Assembly: GCA_964247055.1 (NCBI GenBank)
Contig: OZ176053.1
Location: 3,348,001 to 3,412,000 of the forward strand
Origin: Paragordius varius
Taxonomy: Eukaryota; Animalia; Nematomorpha
DNA: 64,000 nucleotides
Reading direction: 5' to 3'
Part shown: positions 51,395 to 64,000 of the stretch, one piece after another
Layout: each line of letters opens with the position of its first letter
Numbering within the stretch: position 1 is the stretch's first letter
Position numbers and translations under genes: made by a program
Notes under the pieces: generated by a model
Seen by the model: only the letters and a program-made list of their open reading frames with translations
Told to the model about the DNA's origin: nothing
Database searches by the model: none

Positions 51395-54179
51395 AAGACT
51401 AAATATTGATGATGAAATTGTTTGAAAAAATATTTTTGTTAAATAGCAATGCGAGAGTTTTAAAAAGTGATTGTTGCTAAATAGAATATATCTCTATAGG
51501 CTTAGGCAATATGAGACCTTAAAAAATGATTGTTGTTATATAAAATGTGGGCTCATAATATAAAAAAGTGATAAAGTTTTTTTAATAATTTTAAACTCTC
51601 ATTAATAATTAAATTCGATCATGCATTTGCCAAAATTTAAACACTCATTTCAATTGGGTAAAAATATTGGTGTCTAATATATAAATTTTCTCTAAAAAGA
51701 AAATATTCAACCTTTATGAAAGAATTAAAATTATGCCAATGACATATTTTAATTATATCCATATTATTTTTAAAAGGGTGCTCAAAAACCTAAACTCGCT
51801 TTAACTATTTACTATGTTTTAATCAAATATATGTCCATTATTAGATAATTAGATTTCAAACATAATACTGTAAAATGCAAACACAATATAACAATGCATG
51901 CCAATTCAATGGGGTGACTGGAAAAACCGTTTAAAAAATAGAAATTTTACTAAGATTTTGTGAGCTTATATTTGCATATTATGGATTTCCAAATTTTTCA
52001 TGGGCCTCGCGTTGGACACCCATTTTTATAGAAATTCGTTAATAAATATGTAATAGTTATACGTGATTGTTACCATTAATTAGATGACCCTTAAAAAATA
52101 TAATATTCATTAAAATGTAAAAAGGCCTCTTACAACATATTGGTCAATAAATCTATAATATACTTTGCTCTAAAACTTATTTTATAAAAAAATGTATTTT
52201 GTGTATACCCTGTCTCATTTAATTCTTTTCGCCATCATTAGTCTTCTTCGCAGCGAATATCCTTTCAAAAAACTTCATTAAATTAAATTCATTTATGAAA
52301 GTTACAGAATTTTTGTTTGATACTTCAATTAATTACATTTTCATTTTTTTCTCCCTGATATATTTTGGAGTTTTTGAATTCAAAGCTCCAAAACACGATT
52401 TAAACTATCAATCGATATCGAAATCTATAAATATTACAGGTAAATTTCATTTTAAAACCTTTCAAAAGTAAATTATTTATATATTGTCTGTTCTATTCAC
52501 TATTTAAAAAATATTAAGGAAAATGGCAGCGAAAAAGTTTGAGATGATAATTTTACATCACAAAAAATTTTTTTATCATGCGCCTAAAAGGCTAAAGAAA
52601 TCTTGTTGTAAAATTTGTGCCCAATGCTAATATTCTTATTAAAGTATTTTCAATTATAAATGACTCTGGTATGTAAAACTACCCCATTTACAATTTAATT
52701 TGTTTCTAATTTTTGATAAAGTAACACTTAATTTTACTAAACTTCGATATTGAAATCAAGTATTAAATAAAAGAATAGTGCGTTGTTGAAATGTCTTTAT
52801 CGAAGTAAGCATGTATTTGTCTGCCGCCGAATTTTATTTCGGCAATCAAAATTTTTTAAAAAGAGACAACGGGCCGGGTGAACCCGGAGTATTATAATAA
52901 ATATATTTGAGGGGTCATTTTGTTAGTCTTATTATGACATTTCAATCACACTTGTTTAAAAAAGTTTTTTGCCATGGTACGAAATTCGAAAATATTTCAT
53001 AGCAATTTGAGACCGATTTTCATACTGGTCAAATCCGAATATTCGATAAATTAGTACGCAAGTTTTAAACTTCAGCTATGTTGAAAGACGCTTCGTGCGA
53101 TAATATAATTTATATTCAAAGTTTTAACCTATGTTGTTCCCTATTTAGGGCAATATAGGGGAAGATGAGTCAACTAACAAGATTTCATAGCAGATATAGG
53201 ACATCTCAAAGGGCATTGCAAAAATTAATTTTGTAACGCAGGGGAGTCCAACACAAATGGCTTTGCGGGCCGCATTTGAAAAATATATGGGCATTCATAA
53301 ATATTTATTTAGTGTATATGAAATATAAACAATATAATTTTGTTTATTTCACCAATTTTTGCATTTCCAATTTTAATGACATATTATATTGAGGAATTTG
53401 TTTAAATTTTACTGGGACCAATTTAAAAATGAAAATGTGCATTAACGTAAGAAACGTCAGTGTAAATAACTTTCCTAACTATTGGTCTCCCAAGGATATA
53501 GCTTTAATGGCACGTGTAGTATCGTACTTTAGTTGACTCTAACCCAATTTTATTCCATAAATAAGCTCAATTAAATATGAATATATTTTGTTTTAAAGTT
53601 ATTTTTCATATACATAGTTAGAAAATCTAGATTCATATAACAAGGGTTGGACCTAGCGCGATACATACATTTATTAATGAATAAATAATATCCATTTTAT
53701 TTGAATTTACAGAAAATTGACTAAAAGCCAACTTTTTTTATTTTTATATTATATTCTAATTTGAATAGATGAAGTGTTCATAACTTCTGATGCCGTTACA
53801 TTTTTCGAAATGATAAAATAAATAATGAGTTTAAAACTTGCTTTTCCTAAAGAGTAGGATCTTAACTTTTATTAAGGACTTTAAGTAAGCTTTAACACTT
53901 GTCTGACCAGGGACAGTTATAATGAGAAAAAGTGGTCGTTTTAACTTCAAAAGGCCAATTTAACCAGGTTGTGAAAAAATAATTTTTTTATCATAGAAAT
54001 TGAATCAATCCAAATGGAATTATGTGAATTTTCCCTAGTTATCTTTTCAATTAAAATTATAAATTTTTTTAGAACCGATACATGCAGAAATTAAAAAATC
54101 GTTGTAATTTAAAATAGGTATAATTTATTTGTTACTTTAAGAATCATTAACTTTATACATAAAATTAACATTCAAAATA

Positions 54180-55380
54180 ACATTAACAGTATAATATTAA
54201 GAATTTAATATGTAGTATTTGATGAGTTATGATATAAAGTATGGCGTTAAAAAGGATGGTGTAGTGGTAAATGTGTGTGCATGTGTGTATGTGCGTTTGA
54301 GGGTTGAGTGTTAGAGTGTGAGGCGTGGCATCAAAGAATTCGAATTCATCAATTAAAAAAAGTAATCCAAAATTCAATAAAAAATGAATCCAAAATTATT
54401 TATATAAAAGCAATAATAATATAGATATATGAGAAGTTTGAATAGGTAAAGTTGTAATAAAGATGAGTGCAGGTTGTTAAGTGTTTGAGTAGAGATGGGA
54501 GGTTGAGTGGAGGTTATAAAAAATCCTTATCCAAAAAAGAAAAAATAATCCAAAATCCAAATGTCATAAAAATGGTGATCCAAAAAATGATGTAAATATA
54601 AAGAATCCAATTGTATAAAAAATAGAATATGTAAATGATGAATGTTGTCAAAAAAGGTAATAAAATGTTGATGACATGTGTAAGGGTTGAGAGTGTAGAG
54701 TTGAGTGTGAAGTGATATGTGGTTGAAAAAAAAGGGTTGTGTTTGAGTATCCAAAAATCAAAAAATGTCATAAAAAGTACAGAATCCAAATCCAATTAAA
54801 TATAAAGAATCCAAATCCAATATAAATATAAAGAATCCAAATATGATATATAAAAGATGAGTGTAATATATGTAAAAATATAGTTGATTGGATGTGAAGA
54901 GTGAGTAGAGAGGTATGATTTGTAATAGGTAGTTGTGGGATAGTAGTTTAAAGAATCCAAATGTATAAATAATAGAATATATAAATGATCAGTAGTGTGA
55001 ATATGGGTGTAATGATGTGTAGATGAGATGTATTGTGGAGAGTTTGAATTGAGTATGAGATAAGGGTTTGAGTAAGAGATGTGACAATCCAAAAATCAAA
55101 TAATGTCATAAAAAGTAAAGAATCCAAATATAAAAATAAAAATAAAGAATCCAAAAGTGATTAATAAAGGTATGTGATGTAATGTAAAAAGATAAATGTA
55201 ATTGGATGTAAAGAGTGAGTAGATAGGTTTGATTTGTAAGTGTAGGTAGGTGTGGAATATAAGTTTGACAAAGATGTAGAAGTAGAAGGAATCCAAATAT
55301 GTAAAGGAATAAAATGCATAAAAAATCCAAAATATATGATAAAAGATGAAACAAGTAATAAAATGTTGAAGAAATATTAA
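54180..55380. repeat. Compound repeat downstream of family copy 3
   Basis: Same alternating blocks as the other copies. Confidence 0.85.
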
Positions 55381-55427
55381 AAATAAAATTATTATAGTTG
55401 AAGAATTTTTTTGTGTTCCCCGAATCA

Positions 55428-57778
55428 TCAATCCGCTTCATTCCTCGGGGAAAGACAATTCCAATCCACAACTTCATATTCATTATACTCTTTCAATGGT
55501 TTCTCCACCGTTTTTTCTAAAAATGTTAATGGTAGAAATAAGTAAGACCTCTAAGTTGAATAGGAGTAAATTAATAGAGGAAAGAGTTTAAATTTAGTGT
55601 TATATCCATCACCTTAAATTAGTATTAGAATTATTTATAGCACAATCCCGGTTTTTTTGTGTTTTTGAAAGCGCTAACCCATTTTACGGGTTTTAAAATG
55701 TGAGGCTGTTAAGCTTATATGTATTTAATGCACATATAAGCTTATTTATTTTACAATAAATAATTGGGGAAATATCAGTAACATAATATGGGCAAAATTT
55801 GCGATAATCGGATTTAAATATGATAAAAGTTTGTTGTTCTAAAATAACTCGTAAATTTCAACACTTTAAGTCTGAAAAATTTTATACATTTTCACATATT
55901 CTTATTTAGACTTTTTACTGTTTTTTATAATTTTAAAATTATCAAAATAGATTTAGTTTTTATAATATAAGCTTGCGGTATTTATTATTTTTATAACAAT
56001 TTAAATAAATTTAGACATATTTTGTATCAGATCAAAACGAGGGAATTCTAAGTTTTAAGCAAAATCCTCTATTCATATATTAAAAATAAAACAACCAGAA
56101 GATATCGACTTCCGATCATCTTCACCATCGTCAGCAAAAAGTTTCGCATAAATTTCCTCCACTTCGGAAAAAGAATCTAAAAAAATAATATATTATTTAT
56201 AACCTTAAGTTGGCACAAATCATATCAATTGCAAATTTAAACTTTAAGAATTTTTAATAAAAATAATGAGCTATTTTAATAATAATCAAGATTTTAAAAA
56301 TATGGCTGTCTTTTAAAAAAATATTTGTGTTCACATTATGTATGATAATTTTATTTTTTAAACAAGATCAACCTGAAGATATCGACTCCCAATCATCTTC
56401 ATTTTCAACTTGGTCATCTTTATTATTTAATAGTTTTTCATAAATTTCCTCCACTTCGGAAAAAGAATCTAAAAAATAAATTTAATATAAAATGAGGTTA
56501 GGATCCGATTACAACAAATTTTAACTTTTGAAATGCTCTTATATCATTAAAAATATAGCGAGAATGTAAAACTAAAAGATAGACATATTTTACAAATGCA
56601 ACCATACTTAGTTAAACCTTGATTTAAGTATATATTTAAGTGTATTAACAATTTTTCTCCGATACCTATTTTAACCTAAATGATGAGCTATTTTTTATAG
56701 TTATTTAAATATATATATTTCAATTTTCACCTTTTTTCCGTATAATTTTATTTTTTAAAAAAAATGCAACCTGAAGATACCGACTCCCAATCATCTTCAT
56801 TTTCAACTTGGTCGTCTTTATTATTTAAAAGTTTTTCATAAATTTCCTCCACTTCGGGAAAAATATCTAAAAAAACGTAAAATAATTTATTAAAAATTAT
56901 ACAAAATGAGTTGTAAAAAATGTTTATCAATAATTTTGGTATTTTACATGGAGAAGAGACAGGACTGACCGGAGTCCATGAATGGTATTGATTGACTTCA
57001 CTGAAAGTGACACACTTTTTTGCCTCTATTTATATATAAACATTTGTTTTTTATAAAATATTTAGCTTATTTTTATGTATGGTAATATGTTGATGATAAT
57101 ATTAGATTTTAAAATCTCACTTCGCTCCGAAGGTAAATCGCGATTACTTTCCAATCTTTCCCCTTCGTTCTTTTTCTTAAAACAGCAAGAAGATATGCAG
57201 CATAGATATCTTCTCCAGCCTGATTAACATTTATACTTTATGGTTGTATATAAAATGAAAATACTGATTCGGTTTTTGGAAATTTTAGAGTTATATTAAT
57301 AAATGAATTTTGGTCAATGTTAGCAATTAAAATATATATAAAATGATTATTGCCATCATTTAACTTTAAACTTATATTGTGGTCAATAAATATTGTCAAC
57401 CCAACTTTTAACAAAAGAATCAAGTTAATGAGAGTATAAATTTTAGATTTATTATAAACCAAAGCTATTTATATTATTAAACATAAATATAATTGTAAGT
57501 TGGCAATAACAGTGTAAAAGCATTTAAGTTTCAACTAATCAAAGTTATGTTATGTTTCAAACATTAATCTATTTTAAAATTTTGATTTATTTTATTTTCC
57601 ATTTATTTAAAAAGGTAAATGTATTTAACTAAATATCATTGATAAATTTTATCATTAATTTTCTAATCTTTGTGGAAAATTGTGGAAAAAAATGTTATAT
57701 GTGCATACCCTGACTCTTCCCTTGGGTTTGACCACCATTTGTCGGTTTCACAGTGAATATCCTTGAAAAAAATTTCAT
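55428..57778 (-). CDS. Tandem family copy 3 (7 exons)
   Basis: Exons 57778-57709, 57219-57121, 57025-56948, 56866-56771, 56468-56373, 56176-56096, 55516-55428; all GT-AG, phase 1, no internal stop seen; motif variant KKCVTF. Confidence 0.88.
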
Positions 57779-59569
57779 TAATTTTGATTTTGATAATGAA
57801 AGTTTGTTTTAAAAAATATTTTTGTGAAATAGTAATGCGAGAGTTTTAAAAAGTGATTGTTGCTAAATAGAATATATCTATAGGCTTAGGCAATATGAGA
57901 CCTTAAAAATGATTGTTGTTACATAAAATGTAGGCTTTTAAGTATATAAAACGTGATAACGTTTTTTCCATATATTTTTAAACTTTCAATAATAACCAAA
58001 TTTGATGATGCATTCGCTAAAATATAAACCCGCATTTTAAAAATTGGATTTTACACTTATAAGCTAAAGGGTAAATATTGGTGTCTAAAATATAAAACTC
58101 TATAAAGAAAATCTAAACCTTGAAAAATAAGAAATTATTTTAAATTCCATTAAAATATTATAAATTTATACATTTTAGAGGCCATGTTATATTTAAAAGG
58201 GTACTTTAATACTTAAACTCGCATTGGCTAAGTTCTATGTTTTAATCGGAAATACAACAATGAAAATATTTTAGGTCATAATAAAATTCTATATCAATAT
58301 AAACTTGGTTTTTTCCGTTTTTTACCGGAATTAAGAAATGATTGAAAGCGAACGACGACAGGGGGAACTCGCGATATAATAGGCCCTCATATTTGCAAAG
58401 CATGTTAATGAGGCGTTTTTTCGTTAGACATGAATTGGGAATTACTTACATTTGGTAAAAAAGAACATTATTTAAACATTTAATTTTTACAGTTTTGTGA
58501 CATCTAGAGTCTAAAACTGGGCCAGCTCCGAAACCCGATTGGAACGAATTGATATTAAAATAAAAATATATCAAATTTTGCTGGCAAAATGCAGTTTGAA
58601 ATCTTTTCAAAAATATAGGAAAAAATGGCGGCATTTTATACTTTTACATTTTAAAAATTCTTTTTTATATAATGCCTCAGAGGCTAAATAAAAGCTTATT
58701 TTTAGATTCCGCTTAATACCCTAAATACTTTTAAGATATTCAAATTTTGAATAGCTCTGGGATATCAAACTACCCCAAAAGGTATAGTGTTAATAATCAT
58801 AGCATATACGATATTCGGCAAATAACCTCATTAAATATATTTTTTGTTATGTGAGTGATGCAATAAAATTAAAAAAGTCTAAATTTATGCAGAAAAAGAG
58901 AAATAAGAAAACTGGATATAATTTGTTTAGGGAAGTAAAAAATTAAGGAATATCATACCTCTCACCTAATGAAAATATGAAAGGTAAAAGTTAATTTTTT
59001 ACTACAAAAAGAGATTATATTGAAATCATATGCCATATATGAATTTTAAAAATACTATGTTACAGATATAACAATTTTATATATATCCGTTTGATAATTA
59101 TAATAAAAAAACTTAAATTAACTGAAACTCACTTTCCTAACTTGGTCATCATTTTCCTTACTAAAATATCATAAATTTATTTTGTGTAGATTTTGAATGT
59201 TGAAGCCTCTTTTGCGAAAGCACTGAGTAAAAGGGTCATTAGCCCAAGTCTTGCGGTGAAGTCTAGGATATAGTTCTGCCACTGCTCGAATGGCTACATT
59301 TATAAGGGGTTTGACTTGTCCAAACCCCAATTTATTTAAGCAGAAAATAAAATAAATTAAAAATAGGCTAATCTTAGTTTTTACCCCCAAAATGAACGAT
59401 TTTTGTTTAGCAGTAAGGTTTTGATAGAGGGTACTCTTACATAAATTCTAATAAAACACAAAAAAATATTTCTGAAATAAGATAATAGATAGAAATAATT
59501 TATTTGATGCTTTGTAATCATTAACTTTATATATAAAATCAACATTATGAATATAACATAAACAATATA

Positions 59570-60740
59570 ACATTAACAATTCAAAATGTATAGTATTTGA
59601 TGAGTTATGATATAAAGTATGGCGTTGAAAAGGATGGTTTAGTTGTAAATGTGTGTGCGTGTGTGTATGTGAGTTTGAGGGTTGAGTGTTAGAGTGTGAG
59701 ATGTAACATTAAAGAATCCAAATCCATCAAATAAAAAAAGTAATCCAAATATAATAAAAAATGAATCCAAATTTTTTTATATAAAAGCAATAATATAGAT
59801 AGATAGGTGAAGTTGTTTTAAGATGAGTGCATGTATGTGAAGTGTTTGAGTAGAGGATAGATGAGGTTGAGTGTGAGGTATCAAAAATCCAAATCCAAAA
59901 ATAAAAAATAATGCAAAATCCAAATGTCATAAAAAATGATGATCCAAAAAATGATGAAAATATAAAGAATCCAATTGTATGAAGAATAGAATATATAAAT
60001 TATGAATGATATGTTGATGACATGTGTAAGGGTTGAGAGTGTAGAGGTGAGTGTGAAGTGATATGTGGTTGAAGAAAAAGGGTTGTGTTTAAGTATCCAA
60101 CAATATCAAAAATGTCATAAAAAGTAAAGAATCCAAATCCAATATATATAAAGAATCCAAATCCAATACAAAAATAAAGATTCCAAACGTTATTGATGAG
60201 TGTGATATATGTTGAAAGATAAATGTGATGTGTGAAGAGTGAGTAGAAAGGTTTGATTTGTAAGTGTAGGTAGGTGTGGGATGTAAGTAGTTTAAAGAAT
60301 CCAAATGTATAAAAAATAGAATATATAAATGATGAATAGTGTGAATATGGGTGTAATGATGTGTAGATGAGATGTATGGTGAAGAGTTTGAATGAGTGTG
60401 AGATGAGAGGTTTGAGTATGAGATGTGACAATATAAAAATCAAAAAATGTCATAAAAAGTAAAGAATCCAAATCCAATATAAAAATAAAGAATCCATAAA
60501 TGTCAATTAAAAGATGAGTGTGACGTAATGTAAAAAGATAAATGTGGTTGATGTGAAGAGTGAGTAGATAGGTTGTTGTTTGAAGTGTAGGTAGGTGTGG
60601 AATGTAAGTTTGGCAAAGATGTAGAATAAAGAAGTAAAATGAATCCAAATAAGTAAAGGAATAAAATGCATAAAAAAATGCATAATAAAAGATAAAATGA
60701 GCAATAAAATATTGAAGAAATATTAAAAATAAAAAAAATA
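59570..60740. repeat. Compound repeat downstream of family copy 4
   Basis: Same alternating blocks; closest in sequence to the copy 1 tract. Confidence 0.85.
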
Positions 60741-60776
60741 ATTATAGTTGAAGAATTTTTTGTGTTCACCGAATGA

Positions 60777-63106
60777 TCAATCCCCCTCATTCCTCGGGGA
60801 AAGACAACTCCAATCCACAACTTCATATTCATTATACTCTTTCAATGGTTTCTCTACCGTTTTTTCTAAAAATGTTAATAGTAGAATTGAATTACTCTTC
60901 TAATTTATACATTAATATGTATAAAAGAAAATTTATTAGATGAAAGAGTTTAAATTAGTTTTATTTCCATCACTTCAAAATAGTATAGAATTTTTTATTG
61001 CTACCGACTTTTTTGTTTTTTAAGCACTAACCCATTTGGGTTTTGAAATGTGAGACTGTTAAGCTTATATGTAAATAATGCACATATTATGATATATTTT
61101 AAAATAATCAAATGAAGAAATATTATTAACATAATATGGGCGAAATTTGCGATTTTCGATTTATACTTGAATGACTCGTAAATCCCAACACTTTACGTCT
61201 CAAAAATCTTATACTCTATCAAGATTTAATTACATTTTTTTCACATATTCTTATTTTGAGTTTTTACTGTTTTTTATAATTTAAATTATTATAGTATTTA
61301 ATTTTTTATAATATAAGCTTTCAACGGTAATTTTGCTTTTTATCACAAATTTATATAAATTTCAACACATTTTATATTAGCTCATAACCAGCGAATTTAA
61401 ACTTTTAAGCGAAATCCTCTTAATACTCAACATTAAAAATAAAACAACCTGAAGATATCGACTTCCGATCATCTTCGCCTTCGTCAGCAAAAAGTTTCGC
61501 ATAAATTTCCTCCACTTCGGAAAAAGAATCTAAAAAAATAAAATTATATTATTTATAACCTTAAAATGAGTTTTGGCACAATAAACATCAATTGCAAATT
61601 TAAACTTTAAGAATCTTAATAAAAATGATGAGCTATTTTAATTTAAATCAAGATTTTATAAATATAATTGCCTTTCGAAAAAATATTTGTGTTTAAGTTA
61701 ATTTTATTTATTATACTAAAAACAACCTGAAGATATTGACTCCCAATCATCTTCATTTTCAACTTGGTCATCATCTTTATTATTTGAAAGTTTTTTATAA
61801 ATTTCCTCCACTTCGGAAATAGAATCTAAAAAAATATATTATAGTTAACATAAAAATGAGGTTCGGATTTATACCGATTGCCACAAATTTTAACTTTTCA
61901 AATGAACTTATATCATTAAAAATTGGAATATACCGAGAAAATGTAAAACTTTTACAAACGTTATACTTATTTAATACTTGATTTACAGTTTTTAGTAACA
62001 TATTAAAGTGTATTAAGAATTTGTATTTAATACCTGATAAGTTATTTTTATGATTGTTTTAAAAAATATATATATTTTAATTTTCACTGTTTGTATATTT
62101 TCATTTTTAAAAATTAATGGAACCTGAGGATATCGCCTCCCAATCATCTTCATTTTCATCTTGATCGTCTTTATTATTTAAAAGTTTTTCATAAATTTCC
62201 TCCACTTCGGGAAAAATATCTAAAAAAACATAAAATTAATTTATTTAAAATTATACAAAATGAGTTGTAAAAAATGTTGATTAACAATTTTGGTATTTTA
62301 CTTGGAGAAGAGACAGGACTGACCGGAGTCCATGAATGGTATTGATTGACTTCACTGAAAGTAACACTCTTTCTTGGTTCTATTTATATATAAACATTTG
62401 TATATTTTATAAAATATTTATATTATTTTTTTGTATGGTAATATATTGTTGATAATATTAGATTTTAAAATTTCACTTGGCTCAGAAGGTACATCGGGAT
62501 GAATTTCCAATCTTTCCCCTTCGTTCTTTTTCTTAAAACAGCAAGAAGATATGCGGCACAGATATCTCCAGCCTGTGATATTAATTATACTTTATGGTTA
62601 TAAAGAAAATGAAAATACTGACTTGGAAATTTGAGTGATATAAATAACTGAATTTCGGTCAATGTTAGTAATCAAAATATATATAAAATGATGATTGCCA
62701 TCATTTACCCTAAAACTTTTATTGTGGTCAATAAATATTGTCAAGCCAACTTTAACCAAAGAACCAAGTTATTGAAAGTATAAATTTTAGATTTAGTAAA
62801 ACCAAAGCTAATTAAACATAGATATAATTGTAAGTTGGCAATAACAGTGTACATTAACAAATCTGTGTTATAAGTTATGTTTTAAACGTCAATCTAAAAT
62901 TTTATTCAATTATTTTATTTTTTATTTTCATTTATATCAAAAAGGTTAGATGTATTTAACGAAATATCATTAATATATATTATGAATTTGCTGATTTTTA
63001 TGGAAAATTATGAAAAAAAATGTTATATGTGCATACCCTGACTCTTTTCTTGGGTTTCGCCACCATTTGTCGTTTTAACAGCGAATATCCTTGAAAAAAA
63101 TTTCAT
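60777..63106 (-). CDS. Tandem family copy 4 (7 exons)
   Basis: Exons 63106-63037, 62572-62477, 62379-62302, 62219-62124, 61825-61727, 61529-61449, 60865-60777; all GT-AG, phase 1; 3-nt deletion in exon 2; motif variants RKSVTF and DDWEAI. Confidence 0.88.
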
Positions 63107-63855
63107 TAAATGATAATGAATGTTTGTTTTTAAAAAAATTTTTTTGTTAAATAGCAAAGCGAGAGTTTTACAAAGTGATTGTTGCTAAATAGAATACATC
63201 TATAGGCTTAGGCATTATGAGACTTTAAAAAGTGATTGTTGTTATATAAAATGTATTATAAGTATATAAAGTGATAAAGTTTTTTTTATAATTATAAACT
63301 CTCAATAATAACCAAATTCGATTATGCATTCGCTAAAATATAAACGCGCATTTAAATATTGGATTTTAAAGGGTAAAAATATTGGTGTCTAAAATATATT
63401 ATCTTCTCTATAAAGTTAATGAGCATTTAAGAAAAATAAAAAATTATTTTAAAATAATCCATAATAATCTTTAAAAATTTTTACATTTTATAGGCCATGT
63501 GATGTTTGAAAAGGGACTTTAACACTTAAACTTGCCTTGGCTAAGTTCTATGTTTTAATCACAAATACAACAATGAAAATATTTTAGGACATAATAAATC
63601 TATATCAAAATATACTTGGTTTTTTCCGTCGATCTTTTTATCGGAATTAAAAAATGATTAAAAGCGACCTATGACAGGCAAGTCGTGTATCATTCATCTA
63701 TTTTATCATTTTTAACCCCTTTGTATTTAATATATACTTAATATAAATATTATTTTTTAGTCATTAAGAAACCAGATAATTAATTAATATCCTAAAAATC
63801 TTACATATTTATAAGATTATAACAACACGCGATTAAAAAACATCAAAGTTTTTTG

Positions 63856-63965
63856 CAGGGCTTGAAACCGTAACCCCAACCGTGGGATTTTGACAAGAAC
63901 CGGTTCCATTGGGATGGAACCAACGCGGTTCCGGTTCCACCCCCTTAATTACTGGTTCCCATATG
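63856..63965. mobile_element. Probable left end of a hAT-type element running out of the window
   Basis: CAGGGCTTGAAACCG start followed by clustered GGTTCC/GGAACC subterminal motifs. Confidence 0.5.
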
Positions 63966-64000
63966 ATTTTTATTAAAAAAATTTATTTTATTATTTAAAT

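Noticed and set aside
1-64000. rRNA, tRNA or other structured RNA genes
   Set aside because: No recognisable rRNA segment or tRNA cloverleaf seen by eye; small ncRNAs cannot be excluded without a covariance-model (Infernal/tRNAscan-SE) search.

Overview
Very AT-rich (roughly 20-25% GC by eye) eukaryotic, most likely invertebrate animal, genomic DNA. The standard genetic code fits all genes I could assemble. 1-23 kb: internal and 3' exons of a multi-CUB-domain gene resembling SOL-1 (+), with kb-sized introns filled by MITEs, Helitrons, a foldback and LINE relics. 25-33.5 kb: a compact gene island holding PDCD5 (-), a head-to-head orphan gene (+, only 49 bp between the ATGs) and a long, divergent ORC3-like gene (+). 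These genes carry GT-AG introns as short as 21-25 nt. 33.7-63.1 kb: a tandem array, invisible in the ORF track, of four apparently intact copies and one pseudogene of a 6-7-exon minus-strand gene of about 170-200 aa. Its predicted protein has a Cys/basic cluster, a K(S/C)VTF PP1-docking-type motif, S/T-P sites and exon-duplicated acidic modules containing a DDWESI ATG8-binding-type (LIR) motif. Each intact copy is followed by a strand-asymmetric compound repeat, and two disrupted hAT transposons sit back to back inside the array. All exon structures were assembled and translated by hand; no database search was run.
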